A stretch of 64,000 bases of DNA from Phycisphaerales bacterium (GCA_020852275.1 JADZBE010000026.1:116316-180315); one strand, 5' to 3'. Shown: positions 54,041 to 63,270, counted from the first letter of the stretch. Made by a program: numbers and translations. The notes: generated by a model from the letters alone, not told the origin.

Positions 54041-55948
54041 ATGATCGCAATGCGACGCACGATCCGATGCCCTATCGCTCCGCATCCGAAAGCCGCACGG
54101 CTTCCGGAGGCCTGCCACAACTTCCGTCGCGCCATCCCACACGTCGTAACGATGCTCCTCTTGTCAGGCTGCGGCGCCTCGACGCCTTCGCAGGATGGGG
54201 CCAACGACAACACAAGTCCCGCAGGCAGCGGCGGCGCCTTCGTGTTCGAGGAGGAAACCGCCGACGCCTCGCTGGCGGAGCTGGGATTCGTAGAGGACGA
54301 GTTGATCGTGCACACGCTCCCCGGCGCGGACAGCGCGGCTCTCGACGACGCCTATGAGGCTGCCGGCGCTTCCGCGATCGCCGCCATTCCCGAAGTCAAC
54401 GCGGTCGTGCTGTCCGTCGCGCCTGAGGATCTGAACGCATCCGCCGCGGCGCTGAGCGCAAACGAGTTGATTGAAAGCGTCCGCAAGAACTACCTGTATG
54501 AGCAGAACGTCGTCCCCAACGACACCTGGACCGCCGATCAGTCGCACCTCGAACAGCTCGGGCTTCCGCAGGCGTGGGACGTCACGACCGGCTTCAGCGA
54601 GATCATCATCGCCATTCTCGACACCGGCGTGCTCCCCTCGCATGAGGATCTGAAAGCCAAGCTCCTGTCCGGCTTCAACACCGTGGACAACAACGTCAAC
54701 TCCGCCGACGTCCACGGACACGGCACGGCCGTGGCAGGCAGCGCGGCGGCGATCTCCAACAACGGCAAGGGCGTGGCGGGCGTGTGCTGGGATTGTCCGC
54801 TGCTGCCGGTGCGGGTTTCGCTGCCGGACGGTCGAGCGTCGAGCCGGGCGATCGCCGCGGCGATCCTCTGGGCGGTGAATCACGACGCCAAGGTCATCAA
54901 CATCAGCTTCGGTCCGCTGGAATCGGACAAGACGGTGCTGGCGGCGGCGCAGAGCGCGCGCAACCACGGATGCCTGGTGTTCATCGCGGCGGGCAACGAG
55001 GCGCAGATCAAGACGACGGCGGACAGCGAGTCCGCGTTATTCGTCGGCGCGGTGGATGAAGACAACGCGCCGGCGGAGTTCACCAACATCGGCCCCTTCG
55101 TCGATTTCACCGCGCCGGGCGTGGGCATCGTGACGACCAACTCCTCCGGCGGATACGCGGCGTACAACGGCACGTCCTTCTCCAGCCCGATCGCGGCCGG
55201 CGTGGGCGCGCTTGTCTGGTCCATCAATCCCGCCTGGCGTCCTGCGACCATCGAGTCCATCCTGCAAGGCAGTGTCGTTGATCTCGGCACGAACGGACGC
55301 GACACGACTTTCGGCTACGGCCTGGTTCACGCGTCCGCGGCGGTGAATCGCGCGCTGGACACAAACGAACCGGCGGACACGACCGCGCCGACGCTGACCG
55401 TCAGCGAACCGGTGGACGGCGCCGCCGTCGCGGGCAAGATCAAGATCGTCGCCGCCGCCACGGATGCCAGCGGCGTGGCCGACGTGGTGCTGAGCTTGGA
55501 CGGCGTGCCGTATGCGACGGATTCGACCGCGCCCTACAAGCTGTCGCTGGACACCGCGCCCCTGGCGTCCGGCAGTCACACGCTCTCCGTCGTGGCGACC
55601 GACGTGGCGGGCAACGCCTCCGCGGCGAAGACCCTCCGCATCAGCACCGCGGCGGTGAGCGCCGACAAGACCGCGCCGGCCGCGACGATCATCACGCCGT
55701 CGAACGGCGCGACGGTGATCGGCACGGTGGAAGCCCGCGCGCTGCTCACCGACAACGCCGCGCTCGCCAAGGTCGAATGGCTCGTGGACAACAAGAGCGT
55801 CCGCACGCAGAAGATCAGCGGCGTGCGCGTGGAGGACACGTTCTTCTGGCAGACGTCGAGCCTGGCGAAGGGATCGCACACCGTCGTCGTCAAAGTGACC
55901 GACGCCGCGGGTCTAAGCAGCACCGCGACCGCGTCGGTCAAGAAATGA
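54041..55948 (+). CDS. Lipoprotein-type S8 subtilisin-like peptidase with three C-terminal Ig-like domains
   Basis: ATG 54041 follows GAGGA. The lipobox reads VVTMLLLSGC. Triad motifs are ILDTGV, HGHGTAVAG and NGTSFSSPIAAG. The C-terminus has three ~95-aa repeats of the form TAPT-T---P--GA-V-G---I-A-A-D--GV--V. Confidence 0.85.
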   Translation: MIAMRRTIRCPIAPHPKAARLPEACHNFRRAIPHVVTMLLLSGCGASTPSQDGANDNTSPAGSGGAFVFEEETADASLAELGFVEDELIVHTLPGADSAALDDAYEAAGASAIAAIPEVNAVVLSVAPEDLNASAAALSANELIESVRKNYLYEQNVVPNDTWTADQSHLEQLGLPQAWDVTTGFSEIIIAILDTGVLPSHEDLKAKLLSGFNTVDNNVNSADVHGHGTAVAGSAAAISNNGKGVAGVCWDCPLLPVRVSLPDGRASSRAIAAAILWAVNHDAKVINISFGPLESDKTVLAAAQSARNHGCLVFIAAGNEAQIKTTADSESALFVGAVDEDNAPAEFTNIGPFVDFTAPGVGIVTTNSSGGYAAYNGTSFSSPIAAGVGALVWSINPAWRPATIESILQGSVVDLGTNGRDTTFGYGLVHASAAVNRALDTNEPADTTAPTLTVSEPVDGAAVAGKIKIVAAATDASGVADVVLSLDGVPYATDSTAPYKLSLDTAPLASGSHTLSVVATDVAGNASAAKTLRISTAAVSADKTAPAATIITPSNGATVIGTVEARALLTDNAALAKVEWLVDNKSVRTQKISGVRVEDTFFWQTSSLAKGSHTVVVKVTDAAGLSSTATASVKK

Positions 55949-56023
55949 CCCGTCTCCACTCATGCAAGCCGATCCACGCTGGGGGGGGGTCGCGCGTCCA
56001 ACGCGTGCTGAACCGCGTCGGCA

Positions 56024-56335
56024 TTACCGATCCGGACCGACATAGAACTCGTTGCGGCGCGCGTAACCGGCCGCGTCCTGGCGGATCTGCTCGGCCTCGC
56101 GCTCGTCGATCTTCCTCTGCATCCGAATGCCGATGATCAGCAGCGCCGCTCCCAGCGGCAGGGCCAGCGCCGCGTAGGGTGCGGCCACGAAGAGCAGGAC
56201 AATTCCTCCGAGCAGGACCGCTCCGCCGATCACCATCAGCAGGGTCTGCAACGGCGTGAACACCAGCCCCAGCACGATGGCGGTCAGGATGAGGGCGAGC
56301 ACGCCGTAGCGCGAAAAAAAGAAATAGTAGATCAT
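56024..56335 (-). CDS. Small hypothetical membrane protein (3 predicted helices)
   Basis: The ORF is trimmed to ATG 56335. The sequence is MIYYFFFSRYGVLALILTAIVLGLVF...GGAVLLGGIVLLFVAAPYAALALPLGAALLIIGI, followed by a charged tail. Confidence 0.5.
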   Translation of the reverse strand: MIYYFFFSRYGVLALILTAIVLGLVFTPLQTLLMVIGGAVLLGGIVLLFVAAPYAALALPLGAALLIIGIRMQRKIDEREAEQIRQDAAGYARRNEFYVGPDR

Positions 56336-56528
56336 TGGCAACTCCAGGACTGGGTTTTCCCGTGACTTCCGCGTCAACCGGCTCGACGACGATCTGGAGC
56401 GTACGGGCTTTTGATCAGCATAACCCCACACTCTGTTTGATCCAACCCGCTCGACCGCAGGCGGGTGGCCCGGTCTGGCGTACTCGCCAGGCCGTGGGCG
56501 ATGAGGAGAGAACGCTTATCCCGGCCAA

Positions 56529-56559
56529 ACGGGTCCGCTGCTGCGGACCCGTGCCACCC
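56529..56559. repeat. Hairpin REP-like element
   Basis: ACGGGTCCGCTGCTGCGGACCCGTGCCACCC. Confidence 0.85.
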
Positions 56560-56586
56560 ATCAAGGAGCTGGCATTCTGCAAGAGT

Positions 56587-56662
56587 GCTCACATTCTGCG
56601 ATCCTGCTCGCGTTCTGCGATCCTACTCACAATCTGCGCCTTGGTCACAAATTGCGTTCCCA
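56587..56662. repeat. 19-bp tandem repeat, 4 units
   Basis: The units are gctcacattctgcgatcct, gctcgcgttctgcgatcct, actcacaatctgcgccttg and gtcacaaattgcgttccca. The array ends 83 bp upstream of the next gene start. Confidence 0.8.
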
Positions 56663-56744
56663 CCTGGAAATGGAAACCGCGCTTCCCTTGACGGGATCGA
56701 CCGCCACGCGACGATGATCGCTCGGATTTTCCGGAGGAACCTCC

Positions 56745-57641
56745 TTGAAACGCACGCTCGTCATCGTAGTTCTCGGCGCGGTCGCGATCGTCGGCGCCGT
56801 GGTGTTTAAGCGCGGTCAGCACGACCAGACCGTTAAGGGACAGATGCTCGACCTTGTGCGGCAGGTGCAAGGCAGCGACATCGAGCGGCGCTACCTCGAA
56901 GCGCAGGTGGAGCGGTTTCACGCCGAGGTCTTCGAAGCCACGGCCAAGGGCGTGGATCGCTCGCAGTTCGACCGCGACGCCTACACCAAGGCGATGTTTG
57001 AGCGCCTCATCGCCGACGCGCGCGACGCCTCGAAGATATCGCTGGCGATGAAACTTGAGCGATTTCAGCAATCCATCGGCAAGGGTGCCCCGCCGCGCCA
57101 CGAGGATGAAGACGAGGAGATCGAGAGCGCCTGGGCTTGCACGAAGTGCGGTGTCGGGCGGATGCTGACGGCCGAGCAGCTCGACGCGCTCGGCGCGAGG
57201 ACGAAGGAGTTTCTTGCAAGCACGCAGGACGCAGCGGGCGCCAAGCCGTCTGACACCCGGGCGCTCCTGTGTGAGGCGTGCCGGACGGTGACGGTGACGC
57301 CGGCGATGCAATGCACGCGCTGCTCACAGGTGTACCGGCCCACCTCCAAGGATCTCAAGGGCATCTGTCCGAAATGCTCCGTGATGTACTGGATCTGCCG
57401 CAACGCCGCCTGCGGACACGAGTTCGAGGTCACGCTCGCGGAGCACTTCAAGACCGGCAGGAACGAAGGACCGGCCAAGTGTCCGAAGTGCTCCGGCACG
57501 GACACGGTGCTGGGCTTCCGCTGCGCCAAGTGCGGTCGTCATTACGCGCCGGTCGGTCACGATCAGCCGGCCGCCTGCCCTCACTGTGGCGCGTCCACGA
57601 GCGACGCCGGGCGCCCCGCCCCGCGCGGCAGCAAGCCGTAG
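56745..57641 (+). CDS. Membrane-anchored multi-zinc-ribbon protein (hypothetical)
   Basis: A TTG start follows GGAGGA. The N-terminal TM helix is TLVIVVLGAVAIVGAVVF. A helical domain follows. The CxxC pairs are CTKCG, CEAC, CTRC, CPKC, CRNAAC, CPKC, CAKCG and CPHCG. Confidence 0.6.
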   Translation: MKRTLVIVVLGAVAIVGAVVFKRGQHDQTVKGQMLDLVRQVQGSDIERRYLEAQVERFHAEVFEATAKGVDRSQFDRDAYTKAMFERLIADARDASKISLAMKLERFQQSIGKGAPPRHEDEDEEIESAWACTKCGVGRMLTAEQLDALGARTKEFLASTQDAAGAKPSDTRALLCEACRTVTVTPAMQCTRCSQVYRPTSKDLKGICPKCSVMYWICRNAACGHEFEVTLAEHFKTGRNEGPAKCPKCSGTDTVLGFRCAKCGRHYAPVGHDQPAACPHCGASTSDAGRPAPRGSKP

Positions 57642-57833
57642 TCGCCGATGCGCGGAAGCCCGCGGGCCGATGCCATTCAGCCCGCAGGACCGGCAACCCG
57701 GCTGCCGCCCTTATGGGTCTGCCCCGTCGCCTCAAGTGAAGCGCTGTCGGCGCCCATCCGACATCCCTTCGGAGCCGGGCTGTGGGTCCCGCTGCGCATT
57801 GCGTCGCGCCAGGTTTGGACCGCGGGTTGCGTC

Positions 57834-59348
57834 ATGCTCACCGAGACCTGCACATTCTTCATGCCCCGGGGCGGACGGCTGGAATGCGTTCGGGCGGCGT
57901 CGCGCGACGACCTTGTCGTTTTGCGGACGGAGCTGGAAGTCCTGCGCCAGGTGAGGGACTTGCTGCGGCGTCCGCTAAGTGAATCGCGCCGCGCGGAGCT
58001 TGATGCGGCAAGGTGCCGTGCAATCCCGCAGCCGGGCGCTTCGGACCTCGACGACCTCAATCACCTGCTCCACGATGCACGCAGCCCGCTCATCGAGCCG
58101 ATGACTCACCTGATCGATCAGGAGCATCCCGACATCGGCGCCGAACTGCCCATGTCGGTGATCGCGGAAGAAGCTGAACACATCGCAAGGGATGTCCGAC
58201 GCATGACCGAAAACCCCAACTCCTCGATGGCGAGCGTGAACCTGGATGCAGCGGCAGCGCCGGTCGGCGCAGCCGCCCTCAGCACCCCGGACGCGAACGC
58301 GCCTGTGCAAGAGGCCCCGTCGCCGCCCGAGCGGGAGCCCGTTGCAACGGATCACGCCCACGCCGGCTCAGCGGCGCTTGAAGCGGATCTGGACAAGGCG
58401 CTCGCCGACGCCGAGTCGTGTCTGCAGGAGTTGTCCTCGATCGTGGACGAAACCGCTGGCGCGCCGGCGACCTCCGCGGCTCCGGCCGCAACCGCCGCAT
58501 TGCCGCTCCCGACGCAAGAGGAAATCGTCGCCGACGGCGCTCCGGCGGCGACGGCGGCGTCGTCGTCCACGATGCCGTCGCCCGCGACCGTCGATTCGGC
58601 GTCACCCGCTTCCTGCGCACCGCTCAGCGACCCGCAGGCCTTCGAGACGCCTGCCACGCCGCCGCCGCAGGCCGGGTCACCCTCAACCGCCGTCGTCGAA
58701 AACACGGGGATGACAGCGGCGGCGGCGGCGCACGACAGCGACGCCTCGACGCCGATGCTCCCCGCGGTTTGCGGGGCTGAAACATGCGTGACCGCAGCCC
58801 CGACGGGAAATCCGGAACCCGGCGCGCAGAGTTCGGCGGGCGAGGAAGCTGCGGACGCGACCGCTTCCGCCGCCGCGACGAGCGACACGGCGACCCAACC
58901 TGCGCCCCTCACGTCCTCGGTGGATCCTCCCGCAGCGGACGCCCCGCCATCCGCGTTCCCCGGCGATGATGCGGCGCTTCACGCCTTGCAGGCGGTCGAA
59001 TCCGGTCTGTTGCAACTCGCCCAGACGTTGCACGGGACGGTGAGCCAGCGCTGGCGATCAGCGCAGCGAGCGTTCGATGACGTGGAGCAGCGCCGCGCGG
59101 GCGCCGAACGCATGTTGCGCGAGGCGCAGATGCTGGTTGAAGAGTTGCAGCGAACGAAGGAGCGGATCGAGATCGCGCGGGACGACATCGACATCTGCCG
59201 GCGCGAGGCCGCCCATTTCCGCGAGGACGCCCGGCGCGCCAAGGATCGGGCCGAAGCCTCTGCCGAAGCGGCCTGCATCGCCGCGGACCGCTCCGCGCGC
59301 GAGCTGGAGGGCCTGATCCAGGCGAAATCAGCGGAGCACCGCGCATAG
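57834..59348 (+). CDS. Hypothetical protein, Ala/Pro/Ser-rich disordered centre and C-terminal coiled coil
   Basis: Third-position G+C bias supports coding. The C-terminus (RAFDDVEQRRAGAERMLREAQMLVEELQRTKERIEIARDDIDICRREAAHFREDARRAKDRAE) is heptad-like. The start is uncertain. Confidence 0.5.
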   Translation: MLTETCTFFMPRGGRLECVRAASRDDLVVLRTELEVLRQVRDLLRRPLSESRRAELDAARCRAIPQPGASDLDDLNHLLHDARSPLIEPMTHLIDQEHPDIGAELPMSVIAEEAEHIARDVRRMTENPNSSMASVNLDAAAAPVGAAALSTPDANAPVQEAPSPPEREPVATDHAHAGSAALEADLDKALADAESCLQELSSIVDETAGAPATSAAPAATAALPLPTQEEIVADGAPAATAASSSTMPSPATVDSASPASCAPLSDPQAFETPATPPPQAGSPSTAVVENTGMTAAAAAHDSDASTPMLPAVCGAETCVTAAPTGNPEPGAQSSAGEEAADATASAAATSDTATQPAPLTSSVDPPAADAPPSAFPGDDAALHALQAVESGLLQLAQTLHGTVSQRWRSAQRAFDDVEQRRAGAERMLREAQMLVEELQRTKERIEIARDDIDICRREAAHFREDARRAKDRAEASAEAACIAADRSARELEGLIQAKSAEHRA

Positions 59349-59420
59349 GGCAAAGACACGGAGACCGCGAAGCTGCGCGACCTGGCCGCCCGTAGCAGAG
59401 CGCGAAACTGGACACAGCCC

Positions 59421-59520
59421 TCGTCACCCCCGCGCAGGCGGGGGTCCAGCGCGCTTAGGAATGGCGCTGGATTCGCGCCTCTCAAGCCACCGGCCGGATT
59501 CCCGCCTTCGCGGGAATGAC
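59421..59520. repeat. Composite ~100-bp hairpin element
   Basis: CGTCACCCCCGCGCAGGCGGGGGTCCAG ... CCGGATTCCCGCCTTCGCGGGAATGACG. The first 28 nt are identical to the copy at 9141. Confidence 0.85.
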
Positions 59521-59545
59521 GGGGGTCGCCTTTCACCAAGGACTG

Positions 59546-59995
59546 CTAGAGGTCGTCGTCGTCGTCGAGGTCCTCGTCATCATCATCATCGTCGACGTCG
59601 TCATCGAGGTCGTCGAACTCATCGTCCGCGTCGTCCTCGTCATCGTCGTCGAAGTCATCGTCCTCATCCTCGTCGAAGACGAACTCATCCTCGTCGTCCG
59701 CGCCGTCGTCGCAGACCGGCGTCTGCTCGCTGAGCCGCCCGGCGACGTGCTCCGCCGCCTGCATCTCAAACTCCGACGGGACGAGCAACTCGACGCCCGA
59801 CGGGATCGCCAGCGCCACGTGCGCGGGCTGGCGCGTCTCACACACGATCCGCGCGGGGATGCCGCACTCGGCCAGGATGCGCGTGCAGGCTTCGGCCTCC
59901 GCGCGGCTGGCAGCGAACGCCAGCGAGACCCAAGCGTCGCCTGTGCCCGCGGCATGGGGGCGATCCATGACGGCAGTGTCGTGATTGGCTGACAT
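59546..59995 (-). CDS. DUF2007-like small domain protein with extreme poly-acidic C-terminal tail
   Basis: The ORF is trimmed to ATG 59995. The N-terminal ~85 aa (VSLAFAASRAEAEACTRILAECGIPARIVCE...VELLVPSEFEMQAAEHV) fit the DUF2007 pattern. The final ~60 aa are almost entirely Asp/Glu. Confidence 0.6.
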   Translation of the reverse strand: MSANHDTAVMDRPHAAGTGDAWVSLAFAASRAEAEACTRILAECGIPARIVCETRQPAHVALAIPSGVELLVPSEFEMQAAEHVAGRLSEQTPVCDDGADDEDEFVFDEDEDDDFDDDDEDDADDEFDDLDDDVDDDDDDEDLDDDDDL

Positions 59996-60273
59996 GATGA
60001 CTCTCACCTCCGATCCAACCGGCCCCTGCGGTCGATCGCCTGATCGCTTTCCGCAGACCGGGGAGCTCCGCTTGAACCGCTTGCGCCCAAACGGCGTATC
60101 CCCGGAACGGGCAGCAGTGTATGGCCCGTCCCCCCCCGGTCAAGCAACCCGCAACGACGATTTTTCAACCCGCAGGCCCCCTCGGAACGCCCTTGAAAAC
60201 CGTCCCCGGACGGGTGATGATGCCGTCCGTCGGCACGATGCACCAGCACGGTTGCCGCCAGGGAGAAACAATC

Positions 60274-60897
60274 ATGCCCGAGTCGCAATCCACACCGTCC
60301 GCCTCGCCGTCCGCTGCGATGGGCGCTGCACCGGCAGCCATGCCCAACGCGACCGCCGCCGACTACCCGGGACGAGCTTCCGCTGCGGAGGCGCCGCCGG
60401 GCGAAGTGGCCAAGGAGTCGGAAATCTGGACCGGCCGGACGCACTGGAAGCATTTCCTGCCGGGTCTGGTTCTCTGGGTCATCGGCGCCTCGGTGGTGAC
60501 CTGGCTGCTGCTGCTGGCCAAAGGGGACGGCGGCGGCGCCTGGAGCTGGGTGATCGCCTTTCTCTGGCTGGGGAGCGGGCTTTTCGTTTTGGGCAGGATG
60601 GTCGCCCGCATCTTGGGGCATCGCTACCGGCTCACGACGCAGCGGCTGTTCATTGAGCGGGGCATCCTGTCGCAGACCATCGACCAGACCGAGTTGATCC
60701 GCGTGGACGACGTCCGCATGCACAAGTCGGTCCTGGATCGCATCTTCGGACTCGGCACCGTGGAGATCGCCTCCAGCGACGCCACCAACCCGTCCGTGCG
60801 CATCGTGGGCGTCGCCGGACCGGAAACCGTGGCGGAGCACGTCCGCGCGAACATGCGGATCATGCGCAAGCGCGCCGTCTTCGTCGAGAACGTCTGA
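60274..60897 (+). CDS. Bacterial PH domain (bPH_2 / YdbT-YdbS-like) membrane protein
   Basis: ATG 60274 follows GGGAGA. Two TM helices are followed by YRLTTQRLFIERGILSQTIDQTELIRVDDVRMHKSVLDRIFGLGTVEI, which is typical of bPH_2 domains. Confidence 0.75.
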   Translation: MPESQSTPSASPSAAMGAAPAAMPNATAADYPGRASAAEAPPGEVAKESEIWTGRTHWKHFLPGLVLWVIGASVVTWLLLLAKGDGGGAWSWVIAFLWLGSGLFVLGRMVARILGHRYRLTTQRLFIERGILSQTIDQTELIRVDDVRMHKSVLDRIFGLGTVEIASSDATNPSVRIVGVAGPETVAEHVRANMRIMRKRAVFVENV

Positions 60898-60935
60898 CCC
60901 GCGGGCCTGCTGTTTCCAGCTTCCAGTCTGGAGTT

Positions 60936-60968
60936 GGGTGGCACGGGTCCGCAGCAGCGGACCCGTGG
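60936..60968. repeat. Hairpin REP-like element (best-preserved copy)
   Basis: GGGTGGCACGGGTCCGCAGCAGCGGACCCGTGG. Arms are CACGGGTCCGC/GCGGACCCGTG. Confidence 0.85.
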
Positions 60969-61140
60969 CGTACAAGAAAGTGCGTGCATTCGTCCTGACC
61001 ACAGCGACCTTGCAAGCACGCCGGACTGCGACTTCCGCACCCACTTCAGATCCGTGCGCCGTCGGTCCGCGCCCTGTCGGCGCCTGCGCCCTCCCGACCC
61101 ACGCCTTTCCAACCCCCGCCGCTGCTCGTAGCCTTGCGGC

Positions 61141-62043
61141 ATGAATCCCACACTGGTCGTGCTCGCAGCGGGCATGGGCAGCCGCTACGGCGGCATCAAG
61201 CAGCTCGAGGCGGTCGGTCCCTGCGGCGAGACGCTGATGGACTATTCCGTCTTCGACGCGCTGCGCGCCGGTTTCGACCGCGTCGTGTTCACCATCCGCC
61301 GGGACATCGAAAAGGCCTTCCGCGAGCAGATCGGCCACCGATACGAATCCCGCGTCAGCGTGGACTACACGTATCAGGAGCTTGCGGACCTGCCGGACGG
61401 GTTCCCCGTGCCCGAGGGACGCACGAAGCCTTGGGGCACCGGACACGCGGTGCTCGCGGCGGCCTCACGGGTGCACGAACCGTTCGCGGTGATTAATGCC
61501 GATGACTTCTACGGCGCGTCGGCGTTCGCGTCGCTCTCGACGTTTCTGCGCGGCGCAAATTCGGACCTCGCCTGCGCGCTCGTCGGTTACACGCTGCGCG
61601 GCACGCTCTCGGAGCACGGCACGGTCTCGCGCGGGCTGTGCTCGGTCGATGCGCAGGGGCTTCTGGAATCCATCGTCGAACTCAGCAAAGTTGAGCGGCG
61701 CGGCCGCGGCGCATGCTATCCACACCAGGACGGGCGCGTCGTGGACCTGGCCGGCGACGAGATCGTGTCGATGAACCTGTGGGGCTTCATGCCGCGGATG
61801 TTCGACCTGATCCGCGAGCGATTCATCGACTTCCTCACTCGCAGCGCCGGCTCGCTTTCGGCGGAATTCTACATCCCCTCGGCCGTGAACGAACTGATGG
61901 ACGCGGGTCGCGTGCGCGTGCGCGTGCTGTCCGGCGGGAATCAGTGGTGCGGCGTGACGTATCGAGAGGATCTCGCGGCCGCGCAGACCACGCTTGCCGG
62001 ACTCGTGAAAGAAGGCGCGTATCCCGCGCCGCTGTGGTCGTGA
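61141..62043 (+). CDS. Sugar-phosphate nucleotidyltransferase
   Basis: The N-terminal LVVLAAGMGSRYGGIKQLE is a G-x-G-x-R nucleotide-binding loop. KPWGTGHAVL and INADDFYG are typical of NDP-sugar pyrophosphorylases. Confidence 0.8.
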   Translation: MNPTLVVLAAGMGSRYGGIKQLEAVGPCGETLMDYSVFDALRAGFDRVVFTIRRDIEKAFREQIGHRYESRVSVDYTYQELADLPDGFPVPEGRTKPWGTGHAVLAAASRVHEPFAVINADDFYGASAFASLSTFLRGANSDLACALVGYTLRGTLSEHGTVSRGLCSVDAQGLLESIVELSKVERRGRGACYPHQDGRVVDLAGDEIVSMNLWGFMPRMFDLIRERFIDFLTRSAGSLSAEFYIPSAVNELMDAGRVRVRVLSGGNQWCGVTYREDLAAAQTTLAGLVKEGAYPAPLWS

Positions 62044-62045
62044 AC

Positions 62046-63158
62046 ATGGCGCCCGATCCGCTGCACATTACGCGGTTGTTCGAGACCGACGGCGAGCCGA
62101 CCGCTGCCGACCGGCATGCCGGCGGGCATATCCACGACTCGTGGAGAGTCGCCTGCGGGCGGGCAGGACTTCGCCGCCGATATCTGCTCCAGCGACTGAG
62201 CGCTTCTGTCTTTCCGGATCCGGCCGCGCTGATGCGGAACATCGAGCGCGTGCTGGATCACATGGCATCGGCATCTGCACCGGACGCTTCGCCGTCCGGC
62301 GCGCGCGAGGTCCTCACGCTGGTTCGCGCGCGCGACGGCGCGTCCACCGTCACGGACGCCACCGGCGGCGTCTGGCGCCTGTTCAACTTCATCGAGAACA
62401 CGCGATGCCGCGAGACGGTCGCCACCGCGCACGACGCAAGCGAGGCGGGTGCGGCCTTTGCGCGCTTCCAGCGCCGGCTGGCAGACCTGCCGCCGTCACG
62501 GCTGAGTTTCACCCTCCCGGATTTCCACCACACGCCGAAGCGGCTGGCGGCGCTGCGCTGCGCGGTGGAGGAGAATCCCGTCGGGCGAGTCGCGCACGCG
62601 CGAGACGAGCTTGCGCGGATCGCGCGGCACGAGGATCTCAACGGGCTGATTCAGCAGCCGCTGGACGCCGGCGCTCTTCCGCTGCGCATCGCGCACAACG
62701 ACGCCAAGATCGCCAATGTCCTGTTCGATGTGGACAGTGGGAAGGCGATCTGCGTCGTGGACCTCGACACGGTCATGCCCGGCTCACCGCTGCACGATTT
62801 CGGCGACATGATGCGATCCATGACTTCACGCCGGCGCGAGGACCAAGGTGATGGCACGGAAGCGCCGCTGGACCTGGAGCTGTTTGATGCCTTGGTGGAC
62901 GGATACCTCGCCGGGGCTTGCGGCTTTCTGACACCGGCGGAAACCGCGCTCCTGACCACGTCGGGGCTGGTGATCACGTTTGAGCAGGCCGTCCGCTTTC
63001 TGACGGATTACCTGCTTGGCGACGCGTACTACCGCACGCAGCGCCCCGCGCAGAACCTGGACCGCGCGCGTTCGCAGCTTGCCTTGCTCGATTCGATGCG
63101 GCGGCAACGGGGGGCGATGGAGTCCATGGTGAACGCGCGCCTCGACGCCGCGCGTTGA
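62046..63158 (+). CDS. Phosphotransferase (APH/choline-kinase fold), N-acetylhexosamine-1-kinase-like
   Basis: The ATG lies 2 nt after the upstream stop. GGHIHDSWRV is the nucleotide-binding N-lobe. IAHNDAKIANVLFD is the Brenner catalytic motif. VVDLDTVMPGSPLHDFGD is the DxD Mg site. Confidence 0.75.
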   Translation: MAPDPLHITRLFETDGEPTAADRHAGGHIHDSWRVACGRAGLRRRYLLQRLSASVFPDPAALMRNIERVLDHMASASAPDASPSGAREVLTLVRARDGASTVTDATGGVWRLFNFIENTRCRETVATAHDASEAGAAFARFQRRLADLPPSRLSFTLPDFHHTPKRLAALRCAVEENPVGRVAHARDELARIARHEDLNGLIQQPLDAGALPLRIAHNDAKIANVLFDVDSGKAICVVDLDTVMPGSPLHDFGDMMRSMTSRRREDQGDGTEAPLDLELFDALVDGYLAGACGFLTPAETALLTTSGLVITFEQAVRFLTDYLLGDAYYRTQRPAQNLDRARSQLALLDSMRRQRGAMESMVNARLDAAR

Positions 63159-63270
63159 TCCGCGGCGCGCGCAGCCCGAAATCGCGAGCGGCCTTGTGCG
63201 CAGGGCTGAAAAGCCGCGCTGCTGGCAACAGGGCATGGTACCGCGTTCAGCGCCAAGCCGGCCATCCCAA

